Source of the DNA: Chthoniobacteraceae bacterium
GTDB taxonomy: Bacteria; Verrucomicrobiota; Verrucomicrobiia; Chthoniobacterales; Chthoniobacteraceae
Assembly: GCA_037190965.1 (NCBI GenBank)
Contig: JBBCKI010000024.1
Coordinates: 21,005 to 85,004 of the forward strand
Length of the DNA: 64,000 nucleotides
Reading direction: 5' to 3'
Shown here: positions 47,440-57,249 of the stretch, piece after piece
Position numbering within the stretch: position 1 is the stretch's first letter
Layout of the letters: every line of letters begins with the position of its first letter
Made by a program: the position numbers and the translations under genes
Notes under the pieces: model-generated
What the model saw: only the letters and a program-made list of their open reading frames with translations
Databases searched by the model: none
Told to the model about the DNA's origin: nothing

Positions 47440-48585
47440 TTAAGTTACGAGGTTCCGGGACTCCCGGCAGAGCCGGTCAAGATCGTCGGCCGTTTTCCCG
47501 AAGGAAGCATGACCGGCCACATAACGATGGACCACGAGAGCGGCGTGGTCCTGAAAGTGCATGTACCCGGGATATTGGGGCCGCACGATGGCTTCGTCCA
47601 ACGTGGACAAGGTATTCTGGAAAAATCCGTTCGAGACCGCGTTGACGGCTTCGTCCACCCAGGCGGAACGATGCCCGGGTTGGCCTCCCGACTGAAAATA
47701 CACGCCGCGCTGCACCTCGGGACTTGCGGTGAAAGCGGCGTAGTCCATGCAGGCACGAAGGTGCTTGGTATGCGCGGATACACCCAGCCCAGCCCCTCCC
47801 AGGGTCGAGCGAAGCCTTCGGCCATGGAAGCGCACCAGGCCGCCGGCCTTCAGCAAATGCGGCGCGTAACCGGGGCGGGAATAGTTGGAGTATCCATAAG
47901 CGAAGGGGCAATAGGCAGCCTCGTCGGTATGGGTCATGAATTCCGCCGTTCGGATCGGGTTGCGTTCCAGACATTCCGGCGGGCAAAGCGAGGCCAGTTC
48001 ACGAAGGCAATCCAGGGCGGCCCGCACGGTGTCCCGACCGGCAAACTTTTCGGGATCCTGAAAAGCCGGTTCTCCCAGAGCGTCGCAAAACATGGTAACG
48101 TGCATTAGCGCATCCACAGGGAATAATGAGACGGTCACATGTCCGCGCCGCGCGAGCCCAAGCACATCTTCCCAGGTTTCCGGCAATTGCAGCCCGTGCT
48201 TTTGCAGCAGATCGGTCCGCCAGGTTGCTATCGGTGCAGCGGCATCCGTGGCCAGTGTCCATTGACGCCCTTTCCATCGATAGCTGTCATGAGAGGCTCC
48301 TACGGAATGGCTAGCCTGGTCCTCCAGGTAGTCCGCCGGCAAATGCGCGTCGAAGTCGGTCAGCGCACCCGCTTCCGCCGCTTCTGCCGTGTGAGGGTGA
48401 TCCATGATGATCAAGTCATACTGTGTCGCCAATTCCGGAAGAGAAGCATCGGCAAAGGCCTGCAGGGATCGCTTTTCCCAGGAAATCCGAACCCCGGGGT
48501 TCCGTTCTTCAAAGCGTTGCGCGGTGGCAATCACGGAAACGAAGCCCCGTGTGTGATTCCAGGCGATGCCGCGTAGCTCGATCAT
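47440..48585 (-). CDS. Sugar-type solute-binding-fold protein lacking a signal peptide
   Basis: YDLIIMDHP, WRTDLL...LPETWEDV, LGGAGLGVSA SBP family 1 motifs; starts directly with MIELRGIAWNHTRG. Confidence 0.8.
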   Translation of the reverse strand: MIELRGIAWNHTRGFVSVIATAQRFEERNPGVRISWEKRSLQAFADASLPELATQYDLIIMDHPHTAEAAEAGALTDFDAHLPADYLEDQASHSVGASHDSYRWKGRQWTLATDAAAPIATWRTDLLQKHGLQLPETWEDVLGLARRGHVTVSLFPVDALMHVTMFCDALGEPAFQDPEKFAGRDTVRAALDCLRELASLCPPECLERNPIRTAEFMTHTDEAAYCPFAYGYSNYSRPGYAPHLLKAGGLVRFHGRRLRSTLGGAGLGVSAHTKHLRACMDYAAFTASPEVQRGVYFQSGGQPGHRSAWVDEAVNAVSNGFFQNTLSTLDEAIVRPQYPGYMHFQDHAALVVHRYVAGHASFGKTADDLDRLCRESRNLVT

Positions 48586-49670
48586 AGCGTGGTTTGGGGG
48601 CGGACGCCGCCCTGGGCGTCCGATTCATAGGCCGCCTCCAGACAAGCCATCGTTTTGATCACATCCTCCACCGAAGTCGGCATCGAACCGCCCTCATTCC
48701 GGTGCCGCTGCACCGCAGCCATCGTTCCAATGAAAGCTTCCGGAAACCACGTGCCGTCCAGTTTCAGGGATTTCCATTCCGGTTGGCCATTCTCCGCCCG
48801 CACGCAATATTCAAAACAATCACCCGCCCCTCGGGGATAGTCCATCAGCAGTCCGATGCGCGCCTTGATCGCCCCCCGCGTTCCCTCCCACTTCAAATAG
48901 CTCTCCTGCTGCTTCGGTCCAAAATCGTGACAGTGATTGGTGGTGATGGTGGCGCGAACCGCGCCGGGATAGTCCATGATGATCGTGCTGCGCACGGAGG
49001 CTAGCTTCGGTTGGGCCGGATGAGGAAGCGTTCGCGCCATCATGCTCCGCGGCTCGCCCAGAAAGGAGCGAACCAAATCCACATAGTGCACGGAATGATA
49101 CAGCATTTCCACCCGGGGAATGCCTTCCAGAAACGGAAACAATTGCCAGGGCGTGTACACGTTCAGCCGCATTTCCAGGTCCAGCAGTTCACCGATCGCC
49201 CCTTGTTCAATCAGGCTGCGCGCGGCCAGGACAAAGGGTGCGTAGCGCAACTGGCAGTTGATCGCCGCGTGGAGATGCCTCTCCCGGCAGACCTGCAAAA
49301 TTTCGCGAGCTTGATCCAGCGTCTCCCCCATCGGCTTTTGAATCAGCACGTACGCGCCTTCAGGAAGCCGCCGCAGCGTCTCCGCGAAAAGTGACGCCGG
49401 GAGAGCCAGGTCGAAAACCACGTCGTTCGGAGCACGCCGCAGAGCCTCCGACAGATCATCGAAAACATGGGCGATCCCATACTCGGCGGCCAGACTTTGA
49501 GCACGCGGCAAGGTGCGGTTGTACAATCCCCAGACCGGAAATCCCGCCATGCGATAGGCGGGAAGATGCGCGTCTTTGACGATGCCTCCGGTACCCATAA
49601 TCAAAATGGGATGGATCCTCGCGGGGATCATGGATTGAATGGAGGGGGGAATCATAAATTTCATATACAA
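48582..49670 (-). CDS. Gfo/Idh/MocA-family NAD(P)-dependent oxidoreductase
   Basis: GTGGIVKDAHLPAY, LIQKPMG, NCQLRY, HSVHYVD. Confidence 0.92.
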   Translation of the reverse strand: MYMKFMIPPSIQSMIPARIHPILIMGTGGIVKDAHLPAYRMAGFPVWGLYNRTLPRAQSLAAEYGIAHVFDDLSEALRRAPNDVVFDLALPASLFAETLRRLPEGAYVLIQKPMGETLDQAREILQVCRERHLHAAINCQLRYAPFVLAARSLIEQGAIGELLDLEMRLNVYTPWQLFPFLEGIPRVEMLYHSVHYVDLVRSFLGEPRSMMARTLPHPAQPKLASVRSTIIMDYPGAVRATITTNHCHDFGPKQQESYLKWEGTRGAIKARIGLLMDYPRGAGDCFEYCVRAENGQPEWKSLKLDGTWFPEAFIGTMAAVQRHRNEGGSMPTSVEDVIKTMACLEAAYESDAQGGVRPQTTL

Positions 49671-49703
49671 AAAATCTTTTCACATATAAGAAGTCAAGCT
49701 GAA

Positions 49704-50480
49704 ATGAAACTCAATCCAAGCTATTCAGTTCCCGCCCTGGAAAAGGGCCTGGACATTCTGGAACTGCTGGCGCAAAGCCCCGAGCCGTTGACGCAAAGCG
49801 GAATCGCCAAAGCCTGCCACCGCAGCAGCAGCGAAATCTTTCGAATGCTCAACCTCCTGGAAACGAGACGGTATGTGGTTCGTGACGAATCGGCGGGGAC
49901 TTATCGGCTTTCGCTGCGGCTCTTCCAGCTCGCCCACGCCCACGCTCCGATCGCACAACTGATCCAGGCAGCAGCGGGGCCGATGCAGGCCTTAAGTCGG
50001 CAATTGGGAGAATCGTGCCATTTGAGCATGCTGGATGGAGATGCTCTCACCGTTATTCATGCGGAGGAGAGTCCGGCCAAAGTGCGGCTTTCCATCCAGG
50101 TCGGAGGCCATTTTTCGCCGCTGGAAACGGCTTCCGGTCGCCTTCTTCTTGCCCTATGGCCGGAGCAACGCCGGGAAGCATGGCTGGCACAGTTGAAGGA
50201 ATTTGGCCAGCATACGCGTAAGCGCCAATTGGCGCTAAGGCAGGAATTCGAAACCCTGCGCTCGGCTGGCTGCGCTCTGTCCCGGGATGAAACGGTGTCC
50301 GGGGTGGTGGATGCGGCCGTCTCCGTGGGCGGGGAGAATTTCCGGGCCGCACTGGCGGTTTCAGCCCTGGTCTCTCCGACTCAGGACAAGAACCCCGCGG
50401 CATTCGTCAAGCCCATGCTGCACTGCGCGGACGAAATTGCGAAACTGGCGGGATTTTCCATTTCTCCTCGCTCGGAGTAA
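49704..50480 (+). CDS. IclR-family transcriptional regulator
   Basis: VPALEKGLDILELL...EIFRMLNLLE..RYV, GESCHL, TASGRLLLA; divergent from the CoA-transferase operon. Confidence 0.93.
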   Translation: MKLNPSYSVPALEKGLDILELLAQSPEPLTQSGIAKACHRSSSEIFRMLNLLETRRYVVRDESAGTYRLSLRLFQLAHAHAPIAQLIQAAAGPMQALSRQLGESCHLSMLDGDALTVIHAEESPAKVRLSIQVGGHFSPLETASGRLLLALWPEQRREAWLAQLKEFGQHTRKRQLALRQEFETLRSAGCALSRDETVSGVVDAAVSVGGENFRAALAVSALVSPTQDKNPAAFVKPMLHCADEIAKLAGFSISPRSE

Positions 50481-50607
50481 ACCGTATCACCGCTTCTTAG
50501 GATCATTATCTGCCGCCTTCAGCAATTCGACGAGCGCCTAAGTGAATTCGTTTCGTTCGGCAGCAGCCACCAGTCGGGGAAATTCGTCTGTTATTCCTGC
50601 CGTTCCT

Positions 50608-50901
50608 ATGGTGGCGACCTGGAAGAGATGTGGGGGGGATCGCAATCGGATCGAGAACGGCCCCGTGCGGGGAACTGACTATGATGCCACTCCGCTCGGT
50701 ACCCTCAATTGCGTAGAGCCCGGAACGACGGGGTGGTATGGGATCGACGTCTCTGAACTGGTGCGGCAGTGGGTGAATGGCGGCGCGCCGAATGAGGGGC
50801 TCTTCATGCAGGCGCATCGATACTGGATCGGCGCCTACTTTGCTTCCGGCAACAACCACGACGCCTCCCTGCGCCCGAAGCTGACTGTCCGTTCGGAATA
50901 G
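50608..50901 (+). pseudogene. Orphan C-terminal fragment of a DNRLRE-type (carbohydrate-binding) domain
   Basis: ATW...GWYGIDVSELVRQWVNG..PNEGLFM...FASGN....RPKLTV; no signal peptide or N-terminal part. Confidence 0.6.
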
Positions 50902-50920
50902 TCTCCTTCCCGGGTGGGGG

Positions 50921-51985
50921 TTAATCGCCCACGCCGTTTTTCCGCAGGGCCGCCCCGCAGGAACGGCGGACGATCAGTTCGCCTGAAATACGGATCGGGC
51001 TCGGTTTCGGCGGTCGCTTTTTCCGCATCGCGGCAAGGAGCGTCTGGACGGCCTCCTTCGAAATCTGGTCGACCGGCTGCGCCACGGTGGTGATCGGCAC
51101 GGCTCCGAACTGCGCCGCCGCGATGTTGTCGAAGCCGGTCAGGGCAATCTCCTCCGGGACACGGAGCCCGGCTTCCACGCAGGCGTCGAGCGCGCCGAGC
51201 GCCCAGTCGTCGTTGTTGCAAATTACCGCCTCCGGGTACGGCTTGCGGGCGAGGATTTCGCACATCCCGTATTTTCCCCGGAGGTGCTGCACGATTTCCT
51301 GCGGCACGGCGCGGTCGCGAATCGGCGCGGGATGGAAAATCCGGGGCGCGGCTCCGCCCGCCTCCTTTAGCGCGCGGCGCACCCCGCTCTCCGCGAAGCC
51401 GTCCTCCGTAGCCAGGACGGCGAGCCGCCTGTAGCCGAGTTTGAGGAGGTGTTCCGCGATGACCTGGTAACCCCATTCGCGATCCGAAACAAAGCACGGG
51501 ATTTGGTCGCGCAGGTGGGCTCCTCCGATTGCCACCACCGGCACGCCCGACTTCAGCAGCGGGTCGAGGTATTCCTGCCGGAAAAACGGGGAAGGATGGA
51601 CGAGAATGGCCCCCTCCACGCGCAGATCGAGCATCCGCTGGCAGGCGGCCTGCCCTGCATCGCCCCCCTCCTTGGAAAACCAGAGGGCTTCCTGGGCAAC
51701 CGGCTCATAGCCTTCCCGTAGGATCGCCTTCGCCGTGGCGAGCACCTTGCGCTGGGAGAGCTGGTGCAGCGGCTCGAAGTCGATCACGCCGATCATGCCG
51801 CTCTTCCCGTTGCGCATGATCTGGGCGTAGCGGTTTGGGCGGTAGCCGAGCTTTTCCGCCGTGGCGAGCACCCGCGTGCGCACCTCCAGTGAGATGCGAT
51901 CGCACTGCGCCTCCGACATCACGGCCGCTACGGTGGAGCGGGAGACGTTGGCGGCGGCGGCGATGTGGCGTTGGGTAATGGCCAT
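50921..51985 (-). CDS. LacI-family transcriptional regulator
   Basis: ITQRHIAAAANVSRSTVA...LGYRPN; CNNDDWALG, VPEEIALTGFDN, ITTVAQP, LIVRRSC. Confidence 0.94.
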   Translation of the reverse strand: MAITQRHIAAAANVSRSTVAAVMSEAQCDRISLEVRTRVLATAEKLGYRPNRYAQIMRNGKSGMIGVIDFEPLHQLSQRKVLATAKAILREGYEPVAQEALWFSKEGGDAGQAACQRMLDLRVEGAILVHPSPFFRQEYLDPLLKSGVPVVAIGGAHLRDQIPCFVSDREWGYQVIAEHLLKLGYRRLAVLATEDGFAESGVRRALKEAGGAAPRIFHPAPIRDRAVPQEIVQHLRGKYGMCEILARKPYPEAVICNNDDWALGALDACVEAGLRVPEEIALTGFDNIAAAQFGAVPITTVAQPVDQISKEAVQTLLAAMRKKRPPKPSPIRISGELIVRRSCGAALRKNGVGD

Positions 51986-52022
51986 AAAACAGGATTCTTT
52001 TCTATGCGCTTTCCGGCGGCGT

Positions 52023-53243
52023 TCAGCAATACTCGATAACCTCCGGCGCTTCGCCGATCCGGCGCAGCATCCATTTGCGGACGAGCCGCCGCGCCCATTC
52101 TGGCGAGTCGCCGAACGACCCGTCGGCCAGGCGCTTGAGGGTGTTGAGATGGTATTCGCGGTGGGAGGGCGCGAAGAAAAGGTTATGCAATATCGCCGCG
52201 CACCGGCGCGGGTCGTTTGGAAACTCAGCGAGAATTCTCCCCAGCACCTGCGTCATCCCCTCCGGCCCCCAGACGTCCCCGAAGGCGTTCCAAGCCTGCC
52301 GCACCGCCACGGGATCGGCGAGCAGCCGGGAGACTTCCGCCAGATCTTCAGCAAAGGCGTCAAGCTCCGCCTCGGCCAGCCGCGTCAGCCCTTCCGGCCG
52401 GAGCGCGTATGGCGTGAGCGAAAAGGCCGCCAGCCGTTTTCCGTCGAAGTCGAGATGGACGAGGTAGCCGACGGAAGTGTAGTGAAGCTCGTCTGCCGGT
52501 CGGAAGACGAAGTTCCCCTGACTGTAGGCGATCGGCACGCCACCGTGCATCTCGATCCCCTGTGGCACATGCGGATGATGCCCGATCACGGCGTCCGCCC
52601 CGGCATCGACGAACCGCCGCAGCGCCTCGACGACGTAGGGAGGGGGCATGGGTGCGTGCTCGCGTCCGCCATGGAAAACGACAATCACGACATCCGCGTG
52701 GTTCTGGCTCTTCAAGGCGCGGATCTGCCGTTCCTGCGCCGGAAGGTCGAAAAGGTGCGCACCGGGGCCGTTCTCCAGCGAGGCGCACGCTTCTCCTTCA
52801 CCGCAGTTGACGATGCCGATCCGCAACCCGCCGCGCTCCACAACAAGCGGGCGGGCAGCCTCCAAGCCGTCCATTCCCGCCCCAACGGTTTGCAGTCCTG
52901 CGGCGCGCACAACGGCGAGCGTTTCGGCAAGGCTTTCGGGGCCGCAGTCCATGGAGTGATTGTTGGCGAGCGTGGCGACATGGAACGGAGCGAGCGCCGC
53001 CGCATGGCGGGCGTCCGCGCGGAGACACGGCCCCCCTTTCGGGATCGGCGCGCCCGCGCCGCCGAGGACGCATTCGACGTTGACGAGATTCAGGTCGCTC
53101 TCGCGCAGGAGAGGAAGGAGGTCTCCGTAAACGGCTTCCGGGTCCCGGCTCATCACAGGCAGGTAAAACTCCAGTGGCGCCCAGTCGGAGGCGACCGTCA
53201 CGCGGACGCCTTGCTTCGGTGGAGGTTGTAGGGAGAACTTCAC
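52023..53243 (-). CDS. CapA-family metallophosphoesterase-fold protein
   Basis: NLVNVEC, TLANNHSMDCG, FHGGRE, IGHHPHVPQG, YSQGNFVF; GTG start overlaps the upstream stop. Confidence 0.9.
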   Translation of the reverse strand: MKFSLQPPPKQGVRVTVASDWAPLEFYLPVMSRDPEAVYGDLLPLLRESDLNLVNVECVLGGAGAPIPKGGPCLRADARHAAALAPFHVATLANNHSMDCGPESLAETLAVVRAAGLQTVGAGMDGLEAARPLVVERGGLRIGIVNCGEGEACASLENGPGAHLFDLPAQERQIRALKSQNHADVVIVVFHGGREHAPMPPPYVVEALRRFVDAGADAVIGHHPHVPQGIEMHGGVPIAYSQGNFVFRPADELHYTSVGYLVHLDFDGKRLAAFSLTPYALRPEGLTRLAEAELDAFAEDLAEVSRLLADPVAVRQAWNAFGDVWGPEGMTQVLGRILAEFPNDPRRCAAILHNLFFAPSHREYHLNTLKRLADGSFGDSPEWARRLVRKWMLRRIGEAPEVIEYC

Positions 53244-54448
53244 GCGATTTTCCTCCAGAGTTCGCGGCGGTGCGTCCGGAGGGAGAGCCGCTCGTCGGCG
53301 AGCCAACGCCGCAGCATCTCCGCACCGAGCCTTTGAAGCCGCTCGCGGCCGAGGTTCATGTGCCCTTCCGGCAGATAGCTCAGGCAAACGCCGTGCTCCA
53401 TCAGGTAGTCGCCCACGTGCAGCCCATCGCACCCGTTCTCGCGTGCGAGAAACGACGTCCCGGCGGAGTCCGCGGCGGCAATCGCCCCCTCGTTGATCGC
53501 CGCGATCTTTTCGCGGAACTCCGGAGCGAGCGCGGGGCCGCCGGCATGGTACGCGCCGGGCCTCCCCCCGTGCCCATGCCAGCTATGGAGGCTGAGGTAG
53601 AGGGCGGGTGCGGTTTGCCGCATCCACCCCATCAGTGCGCGGGTCTCGGGCGACGCCGGGAAGGGGGTTCCGACTTTCAACCCGCTCAGGTAGGGTGAGA
53701 ACTCGTGATGCCAGCTTCGATCCACGCGATCTGCGTAGTTATGCTCCAGCCAGTCCCTGGCGTTGTAATTGTGCCAGCCGTGGACGTTCCCGTCCGGGTT
53801 GCAGGTAAGGATGAAGTCGAAAACGAAGTCGCGCCGCTGGGCTGCGGACGATTCCGCCAGGACGAAATCGAGCATCCCGCGCCCGATCTCTTCCCCGGCG
53901 AACTCGATCCCGTGCTCTCCGCAGACAATATGGATCACCGGTTTCGGCTCCTCGCCCACTTCGCTCTGGTTCGCGGGATCGGTGACGCGCAGCAGGAGAA
54001 TTGGTCGTTCCTCAATGGAATGACCGATGCAATACAGCCGCGTTTCCTCCGGGCGGCGGCGGGCGAGCGCGAAAAGCTCGCGGTTCGTCTCGGCGTATTC
54101 GCGAGGCGGCTCGGTGCTCACCCAGCACTCGCGTCCTTTGCGGAGATCGAGCTGGAAGCGGACTGCCTCCGGCGTCTTCTCCACCGCGTTTTCGGGAAGC
54201 GCGCGCCAGCATCCCTCCCGGCCTTCGCGCACCCAGACATGCTGGTGGAAATGGAGGAACCGCTTTTGGAAAAAATGGCGATCGGGCCGCAGCACGACCG
54301 GCACGCGGCGGTCTTCGGCGGAATCGGCGATCAGCAGGTGCACATAACGGGCTTCCTTCGCGTACGCGATCAGCTCGACTTCGATCCCGTCCGGACCGGC
54401 TTTCAGGATGCGGCCGCTGCCGCATGGAATATCGGTGGTGACTCTCAT
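53240..54448 (-). CDS. M14-family zinc carboxypeptidase-like protein
   Basis: IGHSIEERPI, EHGIEFAG (HxxE), NPDG, LSLHSW. Confidence 0.85.
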   Translation of the reverse strand: MRVTTDIPCGSGRILKAGPDGIEVELIAYAKEARYVHLLIADSAEDRRVPVVLRPDRHFFQKRFLHFHQHVWVREGREGCWRALPENAVEKTPEAVRFQLDLRKGRECWVSTEPPREYAETNRELFALARRRPEETRLYCIGHSIEERPILLLRVTDPANQSEVGEEPKPVIHIVCGEHGIEFAGEEIGRGMLDFVLAESSAAQRRDFVFDFILTCNPDGNVHGWHNYNARDWLEHNYADRVDRSWHHEFSPYLSGLKVGTPFPASPETRALMGWMRQTAPALYLSLHSWHGHGGRPGAYHAGGPALAPEFREKIAAINEGAIAAADSAGTSFLARENGCDGLHVGDYLMEHGVCLSYLPEGHMNLGRERLQRLGAEMLRRWLADERLSLRTHRRELWRKIA

Positions 54449-57243
54449 TCAGTGGTAACTCTCATTCGCTGTTCCTCCTCCATGGCCGGATACGCCCCGA
54501 TCACACGCCCCTCTGGAAGGCAGTTCGGGCTTGTGGGAAGGAGGTGGAAATCGGCGGCGAGCGGGTCGGCGTATTCCGGGTCCGCAAAGATCGATTGACG
54601 GTCCTTCCCGGCAAAGTCGCGCCATTCCTGCATCCGGTGGAAGCGGGTGAGTTTGCCCGCGATCCAAACGGCGACGATTGCCTTGCCCGGCGGTTGATAG
54701 CCATACCGGGAGGTGACGGCGATCCGGTCGGCTTCCGCTGCTGTTGCGGGGAGCAACGTGCCGTAATTGTTGAAGTCGCAGGAAAGCGTGGCGAATGGTT
54801 CCCGGCTCTCCTCGGAAAAAGAGACCGAGTCGTTTCCGGTGAAGGTGAACGAGTTCCCCTCCAGCGTGGAGCCCGCCGTGGAGCGGATCAGGAACGCCGC
54901 GACGTAAAGGTTGCGGAACGCGGTATTGTTCCGCAGCGTCAGCCCCGGCGATCCAATCGCCTCCACGCCGCGTTCCAGACGGGTGAGAAGCGATCCCTCA
55001 ACGGTCCAGCGCGGCGAATCGGTGAGAAGCACGCCGCTCCCGTTGACGGTCGCCCCGCCGGACATCGCCGCATTCAGGAATCGGCACCGCTCGATGGTGC
55101 CGGCCTCGGACCCGGTTGCGGAAAGGCCCGCATTGCCGAACCAGCGGAATTGCATGCCACGAATCGTGACGTGACCCGCGCCCGCCAGCTCCAGCAGAAC
55201 GGGGGCTTCACCGCCGCTATCCAGGATGGTCGCGGTTTCACCAGCCCCCTCGATCACGAGCGGAGCGCCCGCCTCGCCGCCGTGCGCAAGGAAGGCGGGT
55301 TGCGTGTAGACTCCTTTTTCGAGCACCACGGTGTCACCGGGAAGGGCGCGATCGAGCGCTGCCTGCAACTGCGGGAACGGTCGTTCCGGGGAGCCGTCGG
55401 CGGGGGCAACGTTCGCCCCGGCGCGGACGGCGATTCGCTTTGGGCCGCCCCTGGTGACGAAATGGCCTGCCTCCGTGCTCGGCTCGGCTCCTTCGGCCTC
55501 CAAGGTGAACTCATAGGCTGTATCCGGCTCCAGCCGCCCGCCCAGCAGGGGGAAAAGCACCGGGTACGCTTCCGGCCCTGACGGCGGTTCCACCGGAGCC
55601 ACTGCGGCGACCGCACCGGAGGTGGCGGAGCGGTTCATGCGCCCCCGGACCTTGCGCCACGCACTCTCACCCGGCTTTCGATAGGAGAGGATGCTCGTGG
55701 CGGAGCCGGAGAGCGTCGCGGTGACGATCGCGCCGCGTGACGAAGCCGTGACGGAAACACCGCCCACCCACCGGAGCGGGCCGGAATGCCCGGCCTCCAC
55801 GGTTCCCCTGGTTTTCATTTGGCGGCGGAACTGCGCGGCAATCGCGGGCATCCATTCGACTCGGAGCGGCTTCCACTCCGCGCCGTTCGGAACCGGGACA
55901 CCGGAGCGCACGGCGAGGTCGCCTTCCGCCAGAGCGGCAAACGGCTCCGGCCCGACGGTGTTCCCCCTCCCGGCGGAGCCGCCACCATCAAAAAAGTAGT
56001 TCTCCTCCAGCGTGGCGGATTGCAGCAGCGGCGCTTTCACCGGATCAACCTTCTCTTCGTTCGGCCCGACCAGGTTCTGCCGGTAGACGTTGAGCGGCTG
56101 CGGTCCGAGGCTCCCGGCCATGACGCCGTCGAGGAACCGGTTCCGCTCGAACCGCATCGGCCGCGCGGTGGGAAGATGTGTCTCCGTCTTGACGTAAAGC
56201 CCAGCCCAGAATCCCGCCGTGACGCATCCGGAGACGGAGCCGCCGATGGCGGGCGAGTAGAAGCGGATGCCGTCGCGGAGGTGCTGGTTGAGGTCGGTGA
56301 TGGCGAAGACCCCGGTGGCAGCCTGGATGACGCAGTCGCGAATTTCCGTCCCCACGCCGTAGGTCACGACGCCAAGGCCGACGCCGCGCAAGTCGCAACG
56401 GACGACGCGCACGTCCTCCGCCTTCAGGCTGAAGCCGCGCACGCAGTTGAAGAACCGGCAATCGGCGATCTCTACATCCCGCGCCGGGCGACTCACGGTA
56501 ACGGCGCGAGCTTCCGGGCCGCCAAGGTAATTTTCGAACCGAAGTCCACGGACCGTTACGGCTCCGCGCGCGATCGAAAGCCCCCGCGCCAGCCGGTTCC
56601 GCCGGAGGCCGATCGCGGCGGGATCCCGGCCGTCGGCGGTGTGGATCAGAATCACGCCCGGGCTGAGCAGGCAGGCGCTTCCGGGAAAGGCGCGCGCCCC
56701 GTCGGCGTCAAACATCTTCCGGTAGCGCCGTGGCCCGGCCGGGTCCCAGATGTCCAGGTAACCTGATTCGGAGGGAAAGGTGCATTGGATGTCATCCGCA
56801 TGAACGAGATACATCCCCGCCTCGCCATTCCATGGCTCCGCGTGCGCGATCCATTCACCGCCGTCGAACACCGGTTCTTCGCCCGGAGCGGCGGCGATCA
56901 GCAACGGCTGCGCGCCCGCTTCTCCCCCGGACGGCGGTCTGACAAGCGCCTCTTCGCGGTACGTGCCGCTCAACAGCAGGATCGTGCCGCCGCCAGAGGG
57001 AGGCAGCGCCGCGAGGGCCGCGCCGAGCGTGGCGAACGGCTTCGCGCGGCTTCCATCACCGCCATGCCCGGAGCGGGGCGAAACGTAAAATGCCCCGGCT
57101 TCGAAAGGCTCGGCGGGCGACTCCTTCGACATCGCGGGGCGTGCCGGTGTTTTCGCGGGCGGCTTTGGCTGGCGGTTTGCAAATGCCAGCCAGGCTGCGG
57201 CGGCAAGCCCGGCGAGGAGCAGGAAACGGAAAATTACTTTCAA
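54445..57243 (-). CDS. Secreted protein with two right-handed parallel beta-helix modules
   Basis: Two starts GDGSRAKPFATLGAAL and ADGSPERPFPQLQAAL with beta-helix repeats, joined by an FN3-like linker; ends DFHLLPTSP. Confidence 0.85.
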   Translation of the reverse strand: MKVIFRFLLLAGLAAAAWLAFANRQPKPPAKTPARPAMSKESPAEPFEAGAFYVSPRSGHGGDGSRAKPFATLGAALAALPPSGGGTILLLSGTYREEALVRPPSGGEAGAQPLLIAAAPGEEPVFDGGEWIAHAEPWNGEAGMYLVHADDIQCTFPSESGYLDIWDPAGPRRYRKMFDADGARAFPGSACLLSPGVILIHTADGRDPAAIGLRRNRLARGLSIARGAVTVRGLRFENYLGGPEARAVTVSRPARDVEIADCRFFNCVRGFSLKAEDVRVVRCDLRGVGLGVVTYGVGTEIRDCVIQAATGVFAITDLNQHLRDGIRFYSPAIGGSVSGCVTAGFWAGLYVKTETHLPTARPMRFERNRFLDGVMAGSLGPQPLNVYRQNLVGPNEEKVDPVKAPLLQSATLEENYFFDGGGSAGRGNTVGPEPFAALAEGDLAVRSGVPVPNGAEWKPLRVEWMPAIAAQFRRQMKTRGTVEAGHSGPLRWVGGVSVTASSRGAIVTATLSGSATSILSYRKPGESAWRKVRGRMNRSATSGAVAAVAPVEPPSGPEAYPVLFPLLGGRLEPDTAYEFTLEAEGAEPSTEAGHFVTRGGPKRIAVRAGANVAPADGSPERPFPQLQAALDRALPGDTVVLEKGVYTQPAFLAHGGEAGAPLVIEGAGETATILDSGGEAPVLLELAGAGHVTIRGMQFRWFGNAGLSATGSEAGTIERCRFLNAAMSGGATVNGSGVLLTDSPRWTVEGSLLTRLERGVEAIGSPGLTLRNNTAFRNLYVAAFLIRSTAGSTLEGNSFTFTGNDSVSFSEESREPFATLSCDFNNYGTLLPATAAEADRIAVTSRYGYQPPGKAIVAVWIAGKLTRFHRMQEWRDFAGKDRQSIFADPEYADPLAADFHLLPTSPNCLPEGRVIGAYPAMEEEQRMRVTTE

Positions 57244-57249
57244 GAGTGG

